Source of the DNA: Phoronis australis
Lineage: Eukaryota > Animalia > Phoronida
Assembly: GCA_002633005.1 (NCBI GenBank)
Contig: NMRA01001009.1
Coordinates: forward strand, 1-64,000
Length of the DNA: 64,000 nt
Reading direction: 5' to 3'
The notes beneath the pieces were generated by a model. That model worked only from the letters and a program-made list of their open reading frames with translations, was not told the DNA's origin and searched no databases. The translations under genes were made by a program, and so were the position numbers. Positions 37,305 to 51,289 of the stretch are shown here, piece by piece (position 1 is the stretch's first letter; the number at the start of each line of letters is the position of its first letter).

Positions 37305-38946
37305 ACCGTTTCAATCGTTAGGTTCCGCGTTGTGACCGCGACATCATTCAGGTTTCACGTCACATTGAAAAAAGGCGTGAACAGCAGACTCGTATCTGAC
37401 TCTCGTTGGTTGTCCTTACTACTGTCCTTACTACTGTCCTTACTACTGATAGTTTTTGTTCAAGACACATTTCTTCATCTGCTGGAGTCAAATGGAGAAG
37501 AGTGTCATTATTCTAGACTTAGTTGTCATTCATTTAGTTAATGTTGACCCTGGGGATTGTATGCAGTGTTATCACGTTTTATACATTAATGGTTCTGAGA
37601 TGAGTGTAGGAAGCTGGAGGGGGAGATTCTGTTGTGCATTTCTTGATGACAAGTCATACAGTGGCTGACAAAAGTAACCAGCAGTGCGCTAATTCTGTTA
37701 ACAGCAAAATAATAACTATTATACAGATGTAGCGTCTAAATTCTATTCAGAATGGCGTAGCCAACTTGCTCACCTATTAATTTCTTTGTCATCAGGGGAG
37801 ACTACTCTGATGAAGAATTCATCTTCTGTCTAGCTGTCATGACTGAGAATTCAGGGCCATTTTGTCTGAATACATTTGGTCTGTACTGTAAATGACTCCG
37901 TTTCCATTTACTGTGTGGTTCTCATTTGTCTTGGGAAGGCTGTGACTCAAATACAGGATGTACCAAAATGTACGCACACTTCAAATCACAATAATTGCAT
38001 TTTTAGTGATTTAGGAATAAGTTTGCTGAGCAGGTTTAAATTCATAAAGAGGTGGTAATGAAAGGAATTAAGTCTTTAGTTCAAAATAAATCCACTGTTG
38101 ATTAACTTGGGAAGATTTATTATCGTTATGCTTTCTTGACATTTTTACATTTCCAGTAGCACTGCGTGATAAATTATCGTTTTCCGAAACAAAGTCGTTT
38201 GTTAATTTGCCATTCCCATGTATACAGAGCACGTGATGACTCATGTATCGCAAGGTGTAACAAGTCAGAGTTTGGTCCAAGGGAATTAAATTTGAACTCC
38301 CAGCGTTGTGACACTGTATTTTCAGTGCATGGGAAATGTTGAGTGCCACATCAATAGGTAAAAAAACAGCCAAGTTCAGAGTAAGATAACATAACAAAAC
38401 GGTTTATTAAGCCCATAATAACACCTGTGACCTCCATTCCAAAGACAGTGTATCCATAGAAACCTAATGTTAAATCGTGTCTGCTGGTCTAGGACTGGGT
38501 ATAGGGCATCAAAGCTGGAACTTAGAGGTGTGACCACAGAATCGTTTCCACACTCATTAGCTTTAGGTTAATTCTGTTGTTTGGGCCAAATATTGACTTG
38601 ATTATATTCTGTTCACACCTTTAATGAGAGACCAGTAGCATCACATCAATGTTCTTCAATTTAGGAGTTCTGTTCAGTAAATATAATGAAAGAATATTTA
38701 CCCTTAATATAACTCATTATGTCTCATGTAACCTTCACAGTTCCCATCACTACATGTATGGTTACTAAGTTCTGGAACCATACCTGTAATCACATAATGT
38801 TACCATTGCAACTTTACACTTAACTGGCTAATTAATAAGCAAATTTCAAAAACCCAAAAGTTTGTTCAATGAGGAAAACTTGGTCAAATGGTTATTTCTT
38901 GTAGTTGTTATGATGTCTCTGAATAAATGGTTAATGCTTTTCCATA

Positions 38947-39093
38947 CCAATAGGGCTGTCCTCGATTACAAAGCGGTAGAACTCTCCTTGGTCCCAGAGA
39001 TAAAAAAGAGCATGACCTCGTTTTGGAAATCGGGCACATTTTCGTGTTTCTCATTGATGTTGGAAAGGGGAAGAATTTCAGATCATGCATTCA
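38947..39093 (+). repeat. Dispersed repeat, homologous to 60814-60960
   Basis: AATAGGGC.GTCC...TAGAACTCTCCTT...TGGAAATCGGGCA.ATTTTC...GAAGAATTTCAGATC is shared in the same orientation. Confidence 0.85.
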
Positions 39094-40394
39094 CGGGTGC
39101 TTGACCGATGTTTTTTCCTGATTGTAGTTAACCCAGCGAGATTCGAGTGCAGCCTCGTCTCCAAGCCTCAATATGGTGCTGATCGGTTTACCTATTTGAG
39201 GCTTGGTTTTGAGAAATACCGTCTGGCATTGATTGGCCTTTACCTTGCTGTCTTTAAAACAAAGGCAGACTTTAATTATTTTCACAGGCATTGTTGCTGC
39301 TATTCTTGAAGCAGAAGGCATTGTTTTGGTTATTGTTTGAAATAAAGGTTGTTGGCGTAGGTATTTTCAATTCTTTTTTATTAATAATATCATAGAAATT
39401 AATCAGTTCTAGAATCAAAATACATTATTTTTTGCAATAATTTAGACCTAAATTGTTGCAATATACCGTTAGTTTTCATTTTCACTGTATACTGCAGAAA
39501 AATTCAAAGTTATATTACTCGTGATTTCCCTGCCATGATCGTAGAAATGTGTCAGAATTCGGACACATTTCATTTCCCATAACCAAGCCATAACTAAACC
39601 GATAAGCACCATCTTGAGGCTTGGGTACTAGGCTAGGTTCCAATGTATTTATGCAATCTTAGATGGCCCTAATACCAACCATGCTGCTGGTGTCAAGTTG
39701 TTGCATTGTGCACCTCAACACTAAAAGTGGAATTTGTTTTTGAGTATACTAATGAACTTGTAATGTTTAAAGGGCTTTGTCTAAGTGAGAGACAAAGTTT
39801 TCTTTATACCCAATTTTCCCTAAAATTTCCTGTTTTTGAAGAAAGTTGTCAACATTTCCTATTTTTTCAATACCTGTCTAAATATCGTTCTAAAGTTTAG
39901 TGCCAGGCTATCCGAAAATTTGAAAATGAAAAACGGGCAATTTTTGGTAATTATTTCTGCTAGATACAATTGGCCTTTACAAACCTTGTATGAAAAATGT
40001 TTGTGCTATTGATTTTGAATTTGAAACGCTGGGATGCATCAAAACTCCCCCAGCTGTTCTGTTATTGGTTTTATTATACAGGGTGTAGTGATTTGGCCTT
40101 TCATTCACAGGTGTAACCTGGTATTTGGTTATGTCAAATATATAGTGATAAACAGGTCCGCTTTCTTACTACTGGTCGTCATAGATTATGTTACTAACTT
40201 TGTTGTGGCTGATGTAGTGCATTTGTAACGGTAGGCGTTGAACGAGTGTCACCGTGTGCCTTGTCTTGGGTGAATTAGTGGCCGAGAACAATGTTATATT
40301 AAGAGTAGACCTCAGAGATGTTGCTTCATTTTACCCACATTCCACTGTGTTGTAGCCTTTTTGAATACTGACACGCGTGAATTTGATTAATATG

Positions 40395-40649
40395 CATGCG
40401 CGCACCCAGCCTTTAATATATGGGGGGCTCGAATGTCTGACGATGTGGAGCTTTTGCCGAGGAAAAAGCGGCGGGACTAAAAAAACGGAGTACCACCTTC
40501 AGAACGGTGAACTGTGCGTTTGCGCCTTTTTAGTGGACTTTTTGTCTCATTTTCTCGGAGTTCTCGTTTCTCTGGGGCGGACGTTTTTGCCCGCTTCGCC
40601 AAATGGGGGTGCTCGTTCGAGCTGCCCCCCTCCCCTGGGTGCGCGCATA
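40395..40649. mobile_element. Small MITE with 14 bp TIRs (ATGCGCGCACCCAG)
   Basis: Perfect inverted termini at 40396-40409 and 40635-40648; TAATATG occurs at both junctions. Confidence 0.75.
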
Positions 40650-41864
40650 ATATGTTATGGTTTTACTATCTTTTTCGTCACACCAATGCCTTCACATTGG
40701 CTGCACTTAAATGGGTTTGCTGGTTCCGCCGGGTCAACCAACTAAGACATCTAATTGGTTCTTGATGACGACTTCGGATAAGTAAACCAATCAGATGCCT
40801 TACCTGGTTGACCTTGCGGAACCTACCATTACCAAGTGTTATGAACGGTTAGGCTTATTGACTTTAGCCTTGGTCGTCACAAGAATTCTTATTATTGCGT
40901 TCTGTTCAGACCCCTATTCAATACAATTCCCCTTTCGGCTTTTCGCTTTGTTTTGTGGTCTCGCGGTTACGCAATATGGCGCGAAAAGGCTGCTTCTCGT
41001 ATTTTTTAAGGTGGATATGTGTGAGTGGTTAAATCTTATTTTGTTGCTGATGTACTGCTTGCACTGGTGTTAACTTTTATTAAACAAATGAGTTGAAAAG
41101 AACTTCATTCGTTGGCCGACGGTGCCAGGTTTCTCTTTATTGTTATAGCTATGTTTTAGCCGTACTGGCAAAACAATGGAGATGTTTGTTACAGTATACT
41201 CTTTTTCATATTAAAGTAACTCGGCGTTTGTTTACTTTAGCACTTGTAGCTAGGGGATGGAAGCCAACTCATACCTATGGGCGTACACCCATACCACACA
41301 CCACAATAGCTTACCACACGCAAACAACCCTTTCAAGAGAGTCTGTAGTAGTTGCACCATACCTGACCACGCTAGTTTGACTTCGACAGGCTCAGCCAGA
41401 CATTATATAAGAAAATTTGTGGCCACAGAAAGTTCGGATTTTAGTCAATATTTTCCCTTTTTTCTCGTCTCTCTCGTCCGTGAAGGTCGCAGGAGACGAG
41501 AAATAAATGATAATCCACACGTGTCTCCTTGCATTGTCTAGTTCTCTAGGAGAACATGTATGGAATTAGTGAGGAGTTACTTGATGAATTAAGTGTGTGT
41601 TCGATGTAGACATGTGTAGAGACGTATGCTCAAACGACAAGGCGGTGTGTTCAGGTGTTTATTCATACTAAGATACTCTCACCACAGTGCTTTGCCCTAA
41701 AAGTTGCCTGTGGCAAGTGCCTAAGTGTGGTTGGAGTTCAAGTTCCGTGGTAATGCGTTTATAGTGCGTGGGTTAAAGGTGCGTGATCATAGAACTCTGG
41801 CCCTGGCATGTCAACCTGCACGTGACACACACATACACACACACACTCACACACACACACACAC

Positions 41865-42905
41865 ATGATGGGCCGTTGGGGGGAAAGTGTCGCCGGAAAG
41901 ATACGAGCGTAATTATGCACATTACGCCGTAGTTTACGTCGTTAATTACGCCGTAAAATTACGAGCGTAATTTAATTCTTCACGGCGTAAAATTACGCTC
42001 GTAATTTACTAATTGTTTAAATTCTTAGCCAATGACGATCGATTTTACAATTCAGGCTTGCGTGCGCTCATGTAAATACTTTACTGACGGGTTACATGTC
42101 TACGCTATGAGATCGAATCGCTGCTGCAGCTGCAATGTCAGCCATTGTGCAAGAACGAGCTGCCCAGGAACAATCGGGTATGTTTGATTAACACTAATTA
42201 GTTTAAATCTGAAACGTTCTTAAGGCATTTTACGAGCGTAATTTACGGCGACATTTCCCCCATTTAATTTACGGGCATGATTTTACTGCAACACTTGCAA
42301 TTTAATTTACGTTCGTAATTACGAGCGTAATTTTACGGTGAAACTTATCCCCATTTAATTTACTAACGTAATTGTACGGCGCACTCCTGCAATTTAATTC
42401 ACGCTCGTAATTACGAGCATAATTTCACGGCGACACTTTCCTCTCAACGGCCCACCATACATTACGCCGTTATTTACACTGTGAAATTACGAGCGTAATT
42501 TAGTAAAAACTCTTAGCCAATGGCGTTCGGTTTTATAACTCACGGTCGCGCGCGCTCCTGTAAATGCTTATTCGCTGACGGGTTATATGTCTACGCTACA
42601 AGCGCTGAATCGTAGTGGATGAAATCGCTGCAGCAATGTCAGCCATTGTGCAAGAACGAGCTGCCCATCAACAGTCGTGTATGTTAGGTCTAGGAACCTG
42701 GTTCCTAGGTTAGGTTAACACTGACTGGTTTAAATTTGGAACGTTCTTAAGGTATTTTACGAGTGAAATTTACGGCGACATTTCCCCCATTTAATTTACG
42801 GGCGTAATTTTACTGCAACACTTTTACAATTTAATTTACACTCGTAATTACGAGTGTAATTTTACGGCGAAACTTTTCTCCATTTAATTAACGCTCGTAA
42901 TTACA
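41865..42905. mobile_element. Palindromic MITE (41865-42458) beside a (CA)n tract, followed by a tandem partial copy (42459-42905)
   Basis: About 31 bp TIRs ATGATGGGCCGTTGGGGGGAAAGTGTCGCCG / CGGCGACACTTTCCTCTCAACGGCCCACCAT; many AATTACG/CGTAATT subrepeats; the internal block GCAATGTCAGCCATTGTGCAAGAACGAGCTGCCCA occurs twice. Confidence 0.82.
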
Positions 42906-43085
42906 ATTACTGTGTGTGACAATGAACACCTAATGCTGAGTACGTCGCGCAAAAGAAAATCCGTCCGTGCGTAACCGCACCTGATATACTACTTCCGCCC
43001 TACCCCACTTTTGCGGCCACTCAGCGTTTAAAAGTGACACAAGTTACCCTAGAACAAGTTACCCCACCTCGAGTATGTGGAGTAA

Positions 43086-43584
43086 AGCCCCGTCCACACA
43101 CAGCCTACCCTAAAGCAAGTTGCACTAGTGCATGCAACTTACCCCCTAACTGGAGCGTCCACACGCGCGCACACACACACAAACACACACACACACACTT
43201 TAACTGGAGCGTCTTCACACACACACGCACACACACGCACACACACACACACACACACACACTGATATTCGATAACTAGGGTAAGACGGAAGTTGTCGCT
43301 CTTTGCGTAACAATGAGCATCAATTGCAAGTATGGCGACGCGCCAAAAAAACTCGTCTGCACGTAACCGCAGCTGATAATTTCTTCCACCTTTTCCCCAG
43401 TTTTGCGCCCACACAGCAATTACAAGTGGCACAAGTTACCCTAGAACAAGTCACTTCACCTCAATAATGTGAAAGTGGAGGTAAGTTGCGCTAGTTTAGC
43501 GACCTGGCAGCATTCAACCCTAGCGACAACTTGTTCCAGGAGTAACTTGTTCTGGGTTAAGACTGAGTGCATGTGGACGGCGCT
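43086..43584 (+). mobile_element. PIF/Harbinger-like MITE containing (CA)n; truncated copy upstream at ~42915-43080
   Basis: TIRs AGCCCCGTCCACA / TGTGGACGGCGCT; TAA on the left flank; internal CAAGTTACCCTAGAACAAGT motifs. Confidence 0.72.
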
Positions 43585-44644
43585 ATAGACGAACCTATGC
43601 TGCGGATTGTAAAACGATCTGTCACTGAAAACAGAACCTTTTCATCGTTTGAGTGGCGAAAATTGGCTAACTGAAAAGAGGAAAGCTTGAAGACATACCA
43701 CCATCTAAACTGGCAGTGGCCATCCCATAGGCTTTACGGAGAATTATGCCTCACACTGACTAAACCACCAAAGTCATTTTACTATAAATATCTTTTGCGC
43801 GTATTGAAACACGTTAGGATGATGTCTTTAATTCCTTCCAAGTACAACAAATATTCCCACAATTTAACTTTTTTCGAACAGTCCTTCGTTCAGTTGCCCA
43901 ACTCGACAACTGGTCATTTTTACACTGCTCGTGCTTGTGCAAAAAATCTCAACATTGCAGTGCGTCTGACCCCTCAGTGTTTACATACCGCCTTACACTG
44001 TAGGTTCCTGTTGAACGTGCCAACTTTAATAAACCAAATCAAACACGACAAAGCGATAATGAAACCACATCTTGAAATGCTTAATAAAAAAGTTTGCAAA
44101 TGGAAGATATACCTATTATTCCTCCAAATATACCGAATAAGAGATAACCCTATGATTGAAACGGGACTTTGCTACCGTCTTGCGTTTGAAACGGGGTAAT
44201 AAACCGACTGGGACTTTCAAAACCAACTTTTGATCTAGACCATGTGCTCCGTCGTAATAAAATCGGTTTCTTGTTCCCCGCTAATCGCTAGATAAGTCAT
44301 TTCTCGACTTATTGGGAAATACAAAGTCGTTACTTCATCACGTCATGTGTGCATTCCATAGAGGCCACTCGCGAAAACGCAATTGCGAGATATCGCGAAG
44401 TCGTATTACAAGCGAAGGATATCATCACACTACCTTTCTTAGTCTGCCAAACTCTACCCAGGTCAATTTCAGGCGCTAAAGTAGTCCGCGCCGGATCAGA
44501 AGGTCTGGGCGGTTCATATTAGCCAGAACGCCATAGGCCTATGACGTTGCTTTGAAAGGGCGAATACGCCTGTGAAGGAGGTTGTTTTCTTAACACCGGT
44601 TTCTTGAAAAATGACACGTGAGCCAGCCAGAAATTTTAACTTTC

Positions 44645-45006
44645 TACCCTAGAACTAGTTACTCCTGGAAAGTGGCGTCGCAAGGTTTGAGTGTTGTCTG
44701 GACGCTGTTTAAACTAACACAACTTATCCCACTACTGTGGTGTAACTTATTCTAGGGTAACTTGTGCCACTGGTAATCGCTATACGTGTGGCCGCAAAAG
44801 TGGCGGAAATAATTATCAGCTGCGGTTGCATACTGACGAGTTTTCCTTTGCGCGCCGTAGTCGCATCAGGTGTTCATTGTCACGCACAGAGCGACAACTT
44901 CCGCCTTACTCTAGTTATCGGATATGTGTGTGGTGTGTGTTAGTGGACGCTCCTCATGGGTAAGTTGTGCAAGTTGTTCCAGGGTGGGCTGTGTGTGGAC
45001 GGGACT
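44645..45006 (-). mobile_element. Inverted copy of the 43086-43584 MITE
   Basis: Reverse-complement similarity throughout, e.g. AGAGCGACAACTTCCG.CTTAC.CTAGTTATCG and the terminal GTGTGTGGACGGGACT. Confidence 0.82.
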
Positions 45007-45234
45007 TGTGGTCCGCGTGTCTAAAATGAGCGGGAAAGAATGCAGACACGGACTTACAGGCTGCATGTATCACTGGCACCCATCTCTGTTCTCTTATCTC
45101 CGAACAAAAGAAGTCGGTCATAAATGTTGCTGTGGTAATTAAGTGCCTATTGTAATCCCAACCGGTAATTAGCATTATTGTTACAAGTTGCCGGGGAAAT
45201 GCGATATACACTGTAGGGCATAATAGGGTATCTA

Positions 45235-45397
45235 CATGGGTGGCGCGCAGCACTGAAAAAAAGCGGGCGGGCTATAGCCCAACCCCCCCCCCCCCCNGCC
45301 CTCTTGTGGTGCCTCGCCCATAGACCACAGGAGGCGTAGCACTGAAAAAGTGGGGGCTAGAGCCCTCCCCCCAGCCCCCTATGGTGCGCCGCCCATG
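45235..45397. mobile_element. Small MITE-like element with CATGGGYGGCGC termini and an internal duplication
   Basis: CATGGGTGGCGC...GCGCCGCCCATG; two AGCACTGAAAAA...GGGCTA.AGCCC units separated near a single N. Confidence 0.55.
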
Positions 45398-46572
45398 ATT
45401 TGGTACTTGGGCTACGTTTTTTCATGGTTGGCTACATGGAGGGGTGTGAACCTGGGAGCTTTGGGTTTCCATACAGTCCGTCCAGCACAATAGGCCGAGT
45501 CATCTGTGTTGAGAGGACTGGAATGACAATCCGACGAACACGTCTGAATTTCTCATGCCAGGTTATTTCCACGAGTTATTAGTCAATTCCGTACCAAATG
45601 TTATAGTCAGATACATAGACCCAAGGAGCCCATCCCCCACAGACACGACCACCCCCCACTGACCCCACCACCGTCACCACCAAAAACCTCACCAAGCCAA
45701 TTTTAGAGTCAACGCGGCCGTTTAGCGTGATCCTAACCGTTGCACTTTCTGATTCAAAATTTAGGGTACCATAGGGCAGGCTGCCTTGTATATAGGGACT
45801 AATGGCCCATTCGGTCCCTGCCAAAAGCTTTAAACAAAAGCACGTGGCTAGGTCGGAATACTGCCGGATACGTTCCGCAAACTAGCACTTTAGAACGGCC
45901 GGGAAATCTTCGCTTTAAGGAAGGGAAGCCGTGAAGTTTCGTGCATATTTCAACATACCAGCTCCGCCAACCAATCGGTCAGCGGCAGGTGGGTAAGGTC
46001 TCGAGCCGCTCTCGAAACATGCAGTTGCCATTTACTCGAGCTACCGTACGTGGTTTTGATCAAACTATTTTTTTCCACAAGAAAGTTAATGTTCTACGGA
46101 ACTGAACCCTGTCATGTCCTCTAACGTGAACGTGAGCCCGCTTGATATCCCTCGATTCTCAGTGGGGCGGCGTGTTGCCGATTTGACTTTAAAGCGCTAC
46201 ACGCTATACCGTAATTTGTGTTAAGCGGCAGCCTAAAAACCTGAGGTCATTCTAAGTTCAGGTGTGAGAATTAGCAGAATCTCGATATACTGGGTTGGCA
46301 TATGAGGCCCATAACCAGGGAGGGTTCGGTGGGCTCGATCGAACCCCCCCCGCGGAAAAGGTCCAGCCCCAGCCTATCCGTTAAAGATATGTTATAGACG
46401 GACAACAGCAAAATTGTTGCAGCTACTGGTACTTCTAACTACAATGATAAGTAAGTTAGAATTTGCTTCTGATTCAAAGCGCTTCACATAATCGTCGGTC
46501 AACTTCGCCCGAGTGGTGTTTGCTGACAGGATCGTGCTGACGATTAGAGGAAGCTTTATGTCATTCATCGGC

Positions 46573-46730
46573 ATTAAGGTTATCTCAAACCTTATTTAGT
46601 GGCCGCCATTCTAACTCGTATATAAAAAACTAAGCTTTGTCAACTAGTAAAAGTATATATTTTCTGAAAGAAAAAAAGATCAAGGAATGAAGGATTTATC
46701 TCATTTCACAACTTGCTGTTCTCAACGGTC
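46573..46730 (+). repeat. TTAA-starting non-autonomous DNA element end; homologous to 62243-62350 (and 63330-63365, 47207-47232)
   Basis: AACCTTATTTAGTGGCC.CCATTCTAACTCGTATAT.AAAAA..TAAGCTTTGTCAAC.AGTAAAAGTATATATTTTCTGAAAGAA is nearly identical at both sites. Confidence 0.85.
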
Positions 46731-47607
46731 GTAAGCATGAAAACGCACAACTCCCTCAGGATCAAAACTACGTTTTGTCTTTATTTTCCCCGGCACCGTT
46801 CAAGTATAAGACAGTACACCTCGTTGACTCTATTATAGCGACTCGGTGAGGACGGAGGGTACATACTAAGCTGCTCTGTACCTGGCGGGAGATTAGATTT
46901 GAGTGAGTGACCGCCCTGTAAACTTTGACCTTGGATAAGTAGTAAACAAATATCCACGCGGATGTGCGATTCCAAGGTGGTTCTGCTAAATCTTTTTTTC
47001 TTCTCGCTACACGGTATATATATTTTTATTTGAAGTTCCCGGAGAATGAAGAATAGCAGATAAACTATCTGCTCTTTTGTTTCTTGGTCGGTTTTAAGGC
47101 ATACACACCAGCAGTACTCTGCTTCTACATAGCTTAGCTACATGTAGGTATAGACATTTACTTCTTGACTCCCTTCATACCCTATAGTGTAGTCACCACG
47201 CCCGCTTTAGGATATCTCAAACCTTATTCACAAAAATGGCAATTTTTACAACATTTCACATGTGTCTAGCCAAATACAATTTTGGTATACTTGCTGACAT
47301 AGTACGGTAAAGTTCAGTAATTTTCAATTTTTGAGATGAAAGTGATCGTCAGATATGTTGTTCATCCAGTGCCCACTTTGATTGTGGATTGGTGCCTGAT
47401 GGATTGACATGCCTGCGTGTACATGTGTGTGCGTTTCTGTTTTTTTAAATTCGGTACACCGGCACGCTGATGGTGAGTTCACCGTAGACAGTCCTCCGCC
47501 GTTGCTCAAAAACCAGACATTTAACTATGTTCACATTATTAGGGAAAAGTAGATCTAGACTTAATAAAAACTTTGGTCAATGAAGACGTGTTACTATGCC
47601 GAAATTT

Positions 47608-48736
47608 CACTACTCCGGAGGTCCGACGGTCCACTACTTCGAAGGTTCACTACTCCGATGATTCACTACCTGCAAAAATTCGCTACTTCGAATTTCCACA
47701 ATTCGGAAACCAGAACTCTGACAGTTCATTACTCTGTCTGCTAATGAGTCGGAAATGACATTAATAAAGTATTGTATTTGTCCATTTAGTAACCACTTAA
47801 ATGGTGTGCACGAGTTGGCTAGTTGGGGCCTTTCATACTAACGTCGCCGCGTCGATGGTTTGGGGAGTTGTGATCAGTATGAACGCTTAACTCCGGTCCT
47901 GGATCGCAGTTAACAGCTCCAGTTAACATCGCAGTAAACAGGTGGATTTAAGACCGCAGCGTCGACGCTGCGGTGCAGTAAAAACGGTTAACTTCGGTCC
48001 AATCGAAGTTATCGCCAGGTGCCACTGTTATCGTCAACAGTTACAGGGTAGATCCGTCACTAACAGCTGCTTACATTTTGCTCTAATAAAAACCAATGGA
48101 TTTAAAAATAAGTTTAATGTCAATTAACACATGTAAATGCTCCCAAATTGTCACAGTGAAAAAATCTTAGCATGCAGTGCTACCTTGCGATAACTTCGAT
48201 GACGACAGTATCGCCTACCGTTTACTTCGATGTTCATTAACTACCGAAGCCAGTAAACGGTCCAGTTAACTGCGCTGTTTACGTCTGACTTCGTGAAGAC
48301 TGGCATGGACAGGGTAGCCTACCAACAACGACTGGGGACCCGCCGTACGCGTATAGTTCCTTGGGTGAGGTTGAGGCGCAGAACTTTCAATCAGTAGTGC
48401 GGTGATATGAGGCGATCTTGACATGGATTTGACGAATGTACCATGGTTGATAATTCATCAATATTTCTTCTTCATATTATTTTAAAAATGCAACGTACAT
48501 GCGGGCAATTTGCATGCGCATGAAATCTAAACAAAGTGTTTTAGTAACCGGGCGTTGTATTCGGTATAGGTACACCACTGAGTTAGTGCATCTAGTAACC
48601 GACGTATCGTTTACTTTTGCATGTAAAAGTATAAAATTTACAACTGAGTCCGAAATTTTAGATATTTTGGGAGTGATGAACTTTCAGAGCATTGAACCTT
48701 CGGAGTAGTGAACCTTCGAAATAGTGGACTGTTCCC
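47608..48736. mobile_element. TIR element with CACTACTCCGAAGG-type subterminal repeats; possible nested palindromic insert at ~47825-48304
   Basis: GTCCACTACTTCGAAGGTTCACTACTCCGA (left) is the near reverse complement of TCGGAGTAGTGAACCTTCGAAATAGTGGAC (right). Confidence 0.7.
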
Positions 48737-51289
48737 ATTTCCAGCGATGTAAGCAACTTAGGTAACTCACAAAAATACAACCAGATAAAAAATTGTCAAG
48801 TCATTCTGCGACTAAATATTTGCGTCCGAGTATGTAATGAGGTGTAAACACTCATTTAAGAACGCGCGATTTGAAAGTTTGGCAGGAGGCTAGTAACACG
48901 AGAACGTTTTCTTTCTGGACCACATTACATCCGAATTTGACTCCCGCTCTTTGCGAGCAACCGTCACAGCATCCTCGTGTCTGATATTACAAATTCCGTC
49001 TCATCTCAGGAACATAGAGCTGAGAGTCATCGTTGTGTATACAGATTTCCTTTCTCCGTAATTAACTGCGTCAAGGGCTTTACCGAAAACTTTACTGTGT
49101 CGACGTTTGCAAAAAATCAAGGTCCACCGTACCTTTTGACACTAGAAATACAAGTATTTTATAATTGAAAAAATCAAAAAAAAAAGTTCAATTGTAATGA
49201 TGGCATATCTACCAGAGTTCAGCTACGACTGATGGTGGATATCCCCCAGGGCGCTATCAAACTCGTGCGTTTTCTAGGGTTCGTTTGCCCCAGTCAAAGA
49301 CTAGCCTCGTTCTGGCTGCCACGCATGACTCAGTTTTGCGACGGGGCTTAGGCCTATTTGTAATCTTACACAGTTGACGCGGCCGATACGTTGTTCATTT
49401 TTGCATTTTGAAAAAGCTTGCAAAGAACACATAAAACATGTTGTTTGTTATAAGTCTCGTTAATATTCCACAACCTCAATCTTTAGCGTGCTAAGTATAA
49501 ATATCCTACACAACGCAGCACAACAAGAAGACTATACTATACACTTAAGTTTGTGTCAGTCAGGTGCGCACTCATTACAAGCACCAGCGCAGTGCAGTTT
49601 ACGCCGGCGGATTATGACTTACATGTAAGATAGAAGTGTGACGCAGCGAGCGGCATCACTGAGGCAAGTAATGAATAATTATATGATGAGGTACCACCCT
49701 GGACCCATGTTGGCGGGAGGAGCAACTTTCGTTACTAAGATTCTTGACGCTCAGCCGTGCCATACTTACGGTGAATCATGTGTCAGAGGAGATTGGAACA
49801 GGCCAATCCCGAAACTATAGGAACCAATCTTAGTCAGTGACATGTACTTGGGCGGCACCGCACCCGGTGTGATTGCGATCTGGCTGTTATTAACTCCCGT
49901 AACTGCTGTCGGTGTGTTGCAAATCACGAGCTATCTCGTCGTGGTAATTGGTTTAATCATCACTATCCTGCCTGCTTGCAACGTTTTGCTCAACGGTTGA
50001 ATGACCACTGTCCGAAAACGCCTTGCCCTATAGTGACGTGCATGTGTAGGTAAGTGAGTCAACTGGAGCAGAGTTCTAAAAGCTTAAGACTGGTAGCGTT
50101 GATTTAAATGCGGCATGTGATGTTATGTTTTTTACGCTTTCTCTTTTATTTTACGAATACCGTATGAGTGTGCGGGTAATTGGGCCCGTATGCACCTATA
50201 TTCTAAACAATGCGTATTTCCGTTTTTGTCATAGTCTCATGCAGATTAGCGGATATTACTTTTTACTGCATGTCTCACAGTTGATGTTTTTACATTGTTG
50301 CTCATTCTTTGTACTTTTTTAACACTTAGCGTTAAATTAGTACACGTAAGCATCTACAATTTTGTAACGTACAAGTCATGAGAAATAATATCAAAAATTT
50401 CTCATGATCTTTACTCAACTGTTTCACGTAGTCGTATGCTCCTAATTGCGAATTGAGGCTCAACTTCACAAATAGGAGCATGGGCGTGTGTGTTAACTTT
50501 TTCACTCGATTTTGTGTTTTGCATTCCAATTCATGGACCTCGAAAACTCATCAAAATACCTTTTAAACAATTCTTTACAAAAGCACCTCCACATAATGTG
50601 TACGACTAAGTTATGCAATTCGATATGTGAAGGGATTTCCGGAAAGAAATCATCAAATTCATCGAAAGAAAAAGTGAAATACGCATGAAAAAGTAACTCT
50701 TTCTTCCGAGGCATGTTGCAAACGTCCCTCTAGCAAATGATATATACGTGCACCTTGCTGGTTCTCTACGTGTCAGCTAGGGGGAAACGCAGGGAACCTT
50801 CGAGATACGTGCACGCGCTCATATCCACATTTTGTCTCTGTCAAAGTCGCCTAATATTCATTCACTTTGGGGGTCATGACCCAGCGTCAAGATGTCACAT
50901 TTCCAAATAAGGAGAACGCGTGTTGCCTATTGGATCAAAACTGACGAAGCGAAAACGGATTGATAGTGTTTCGTAAAACACTTTTGAAGGATGCAAATTT
51001 GAGCTGATAACACTGTCCAACACGTTTTAAGGGCCATGCAACATCAGGTGTAGACCCTTTGCACACACCGTAGGTAACGACAAATGTTCATTTCCATGGA
51101 TAATATCTTATGAAAATTGTCCTATGCGCATCTGGTGCGAGTCATTGCGAAGATACTAGATGATACTGGATCGTATCATCAATTTTTAAGTAAAAATATG
51201 TCGAGGCCCCATGCAGGTGCACTTGTCGAGAGCACATAGAGGGGCTTATCTACCAACCGGGGTATTTAACCAAATATCTGCATACTTTA

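Noticed and set aside
43687-44199. 170 aa ORF between the inverted MITEs
   Set aside because: Non-ATG start, no recognisable domain and composition like non-coding DNA.
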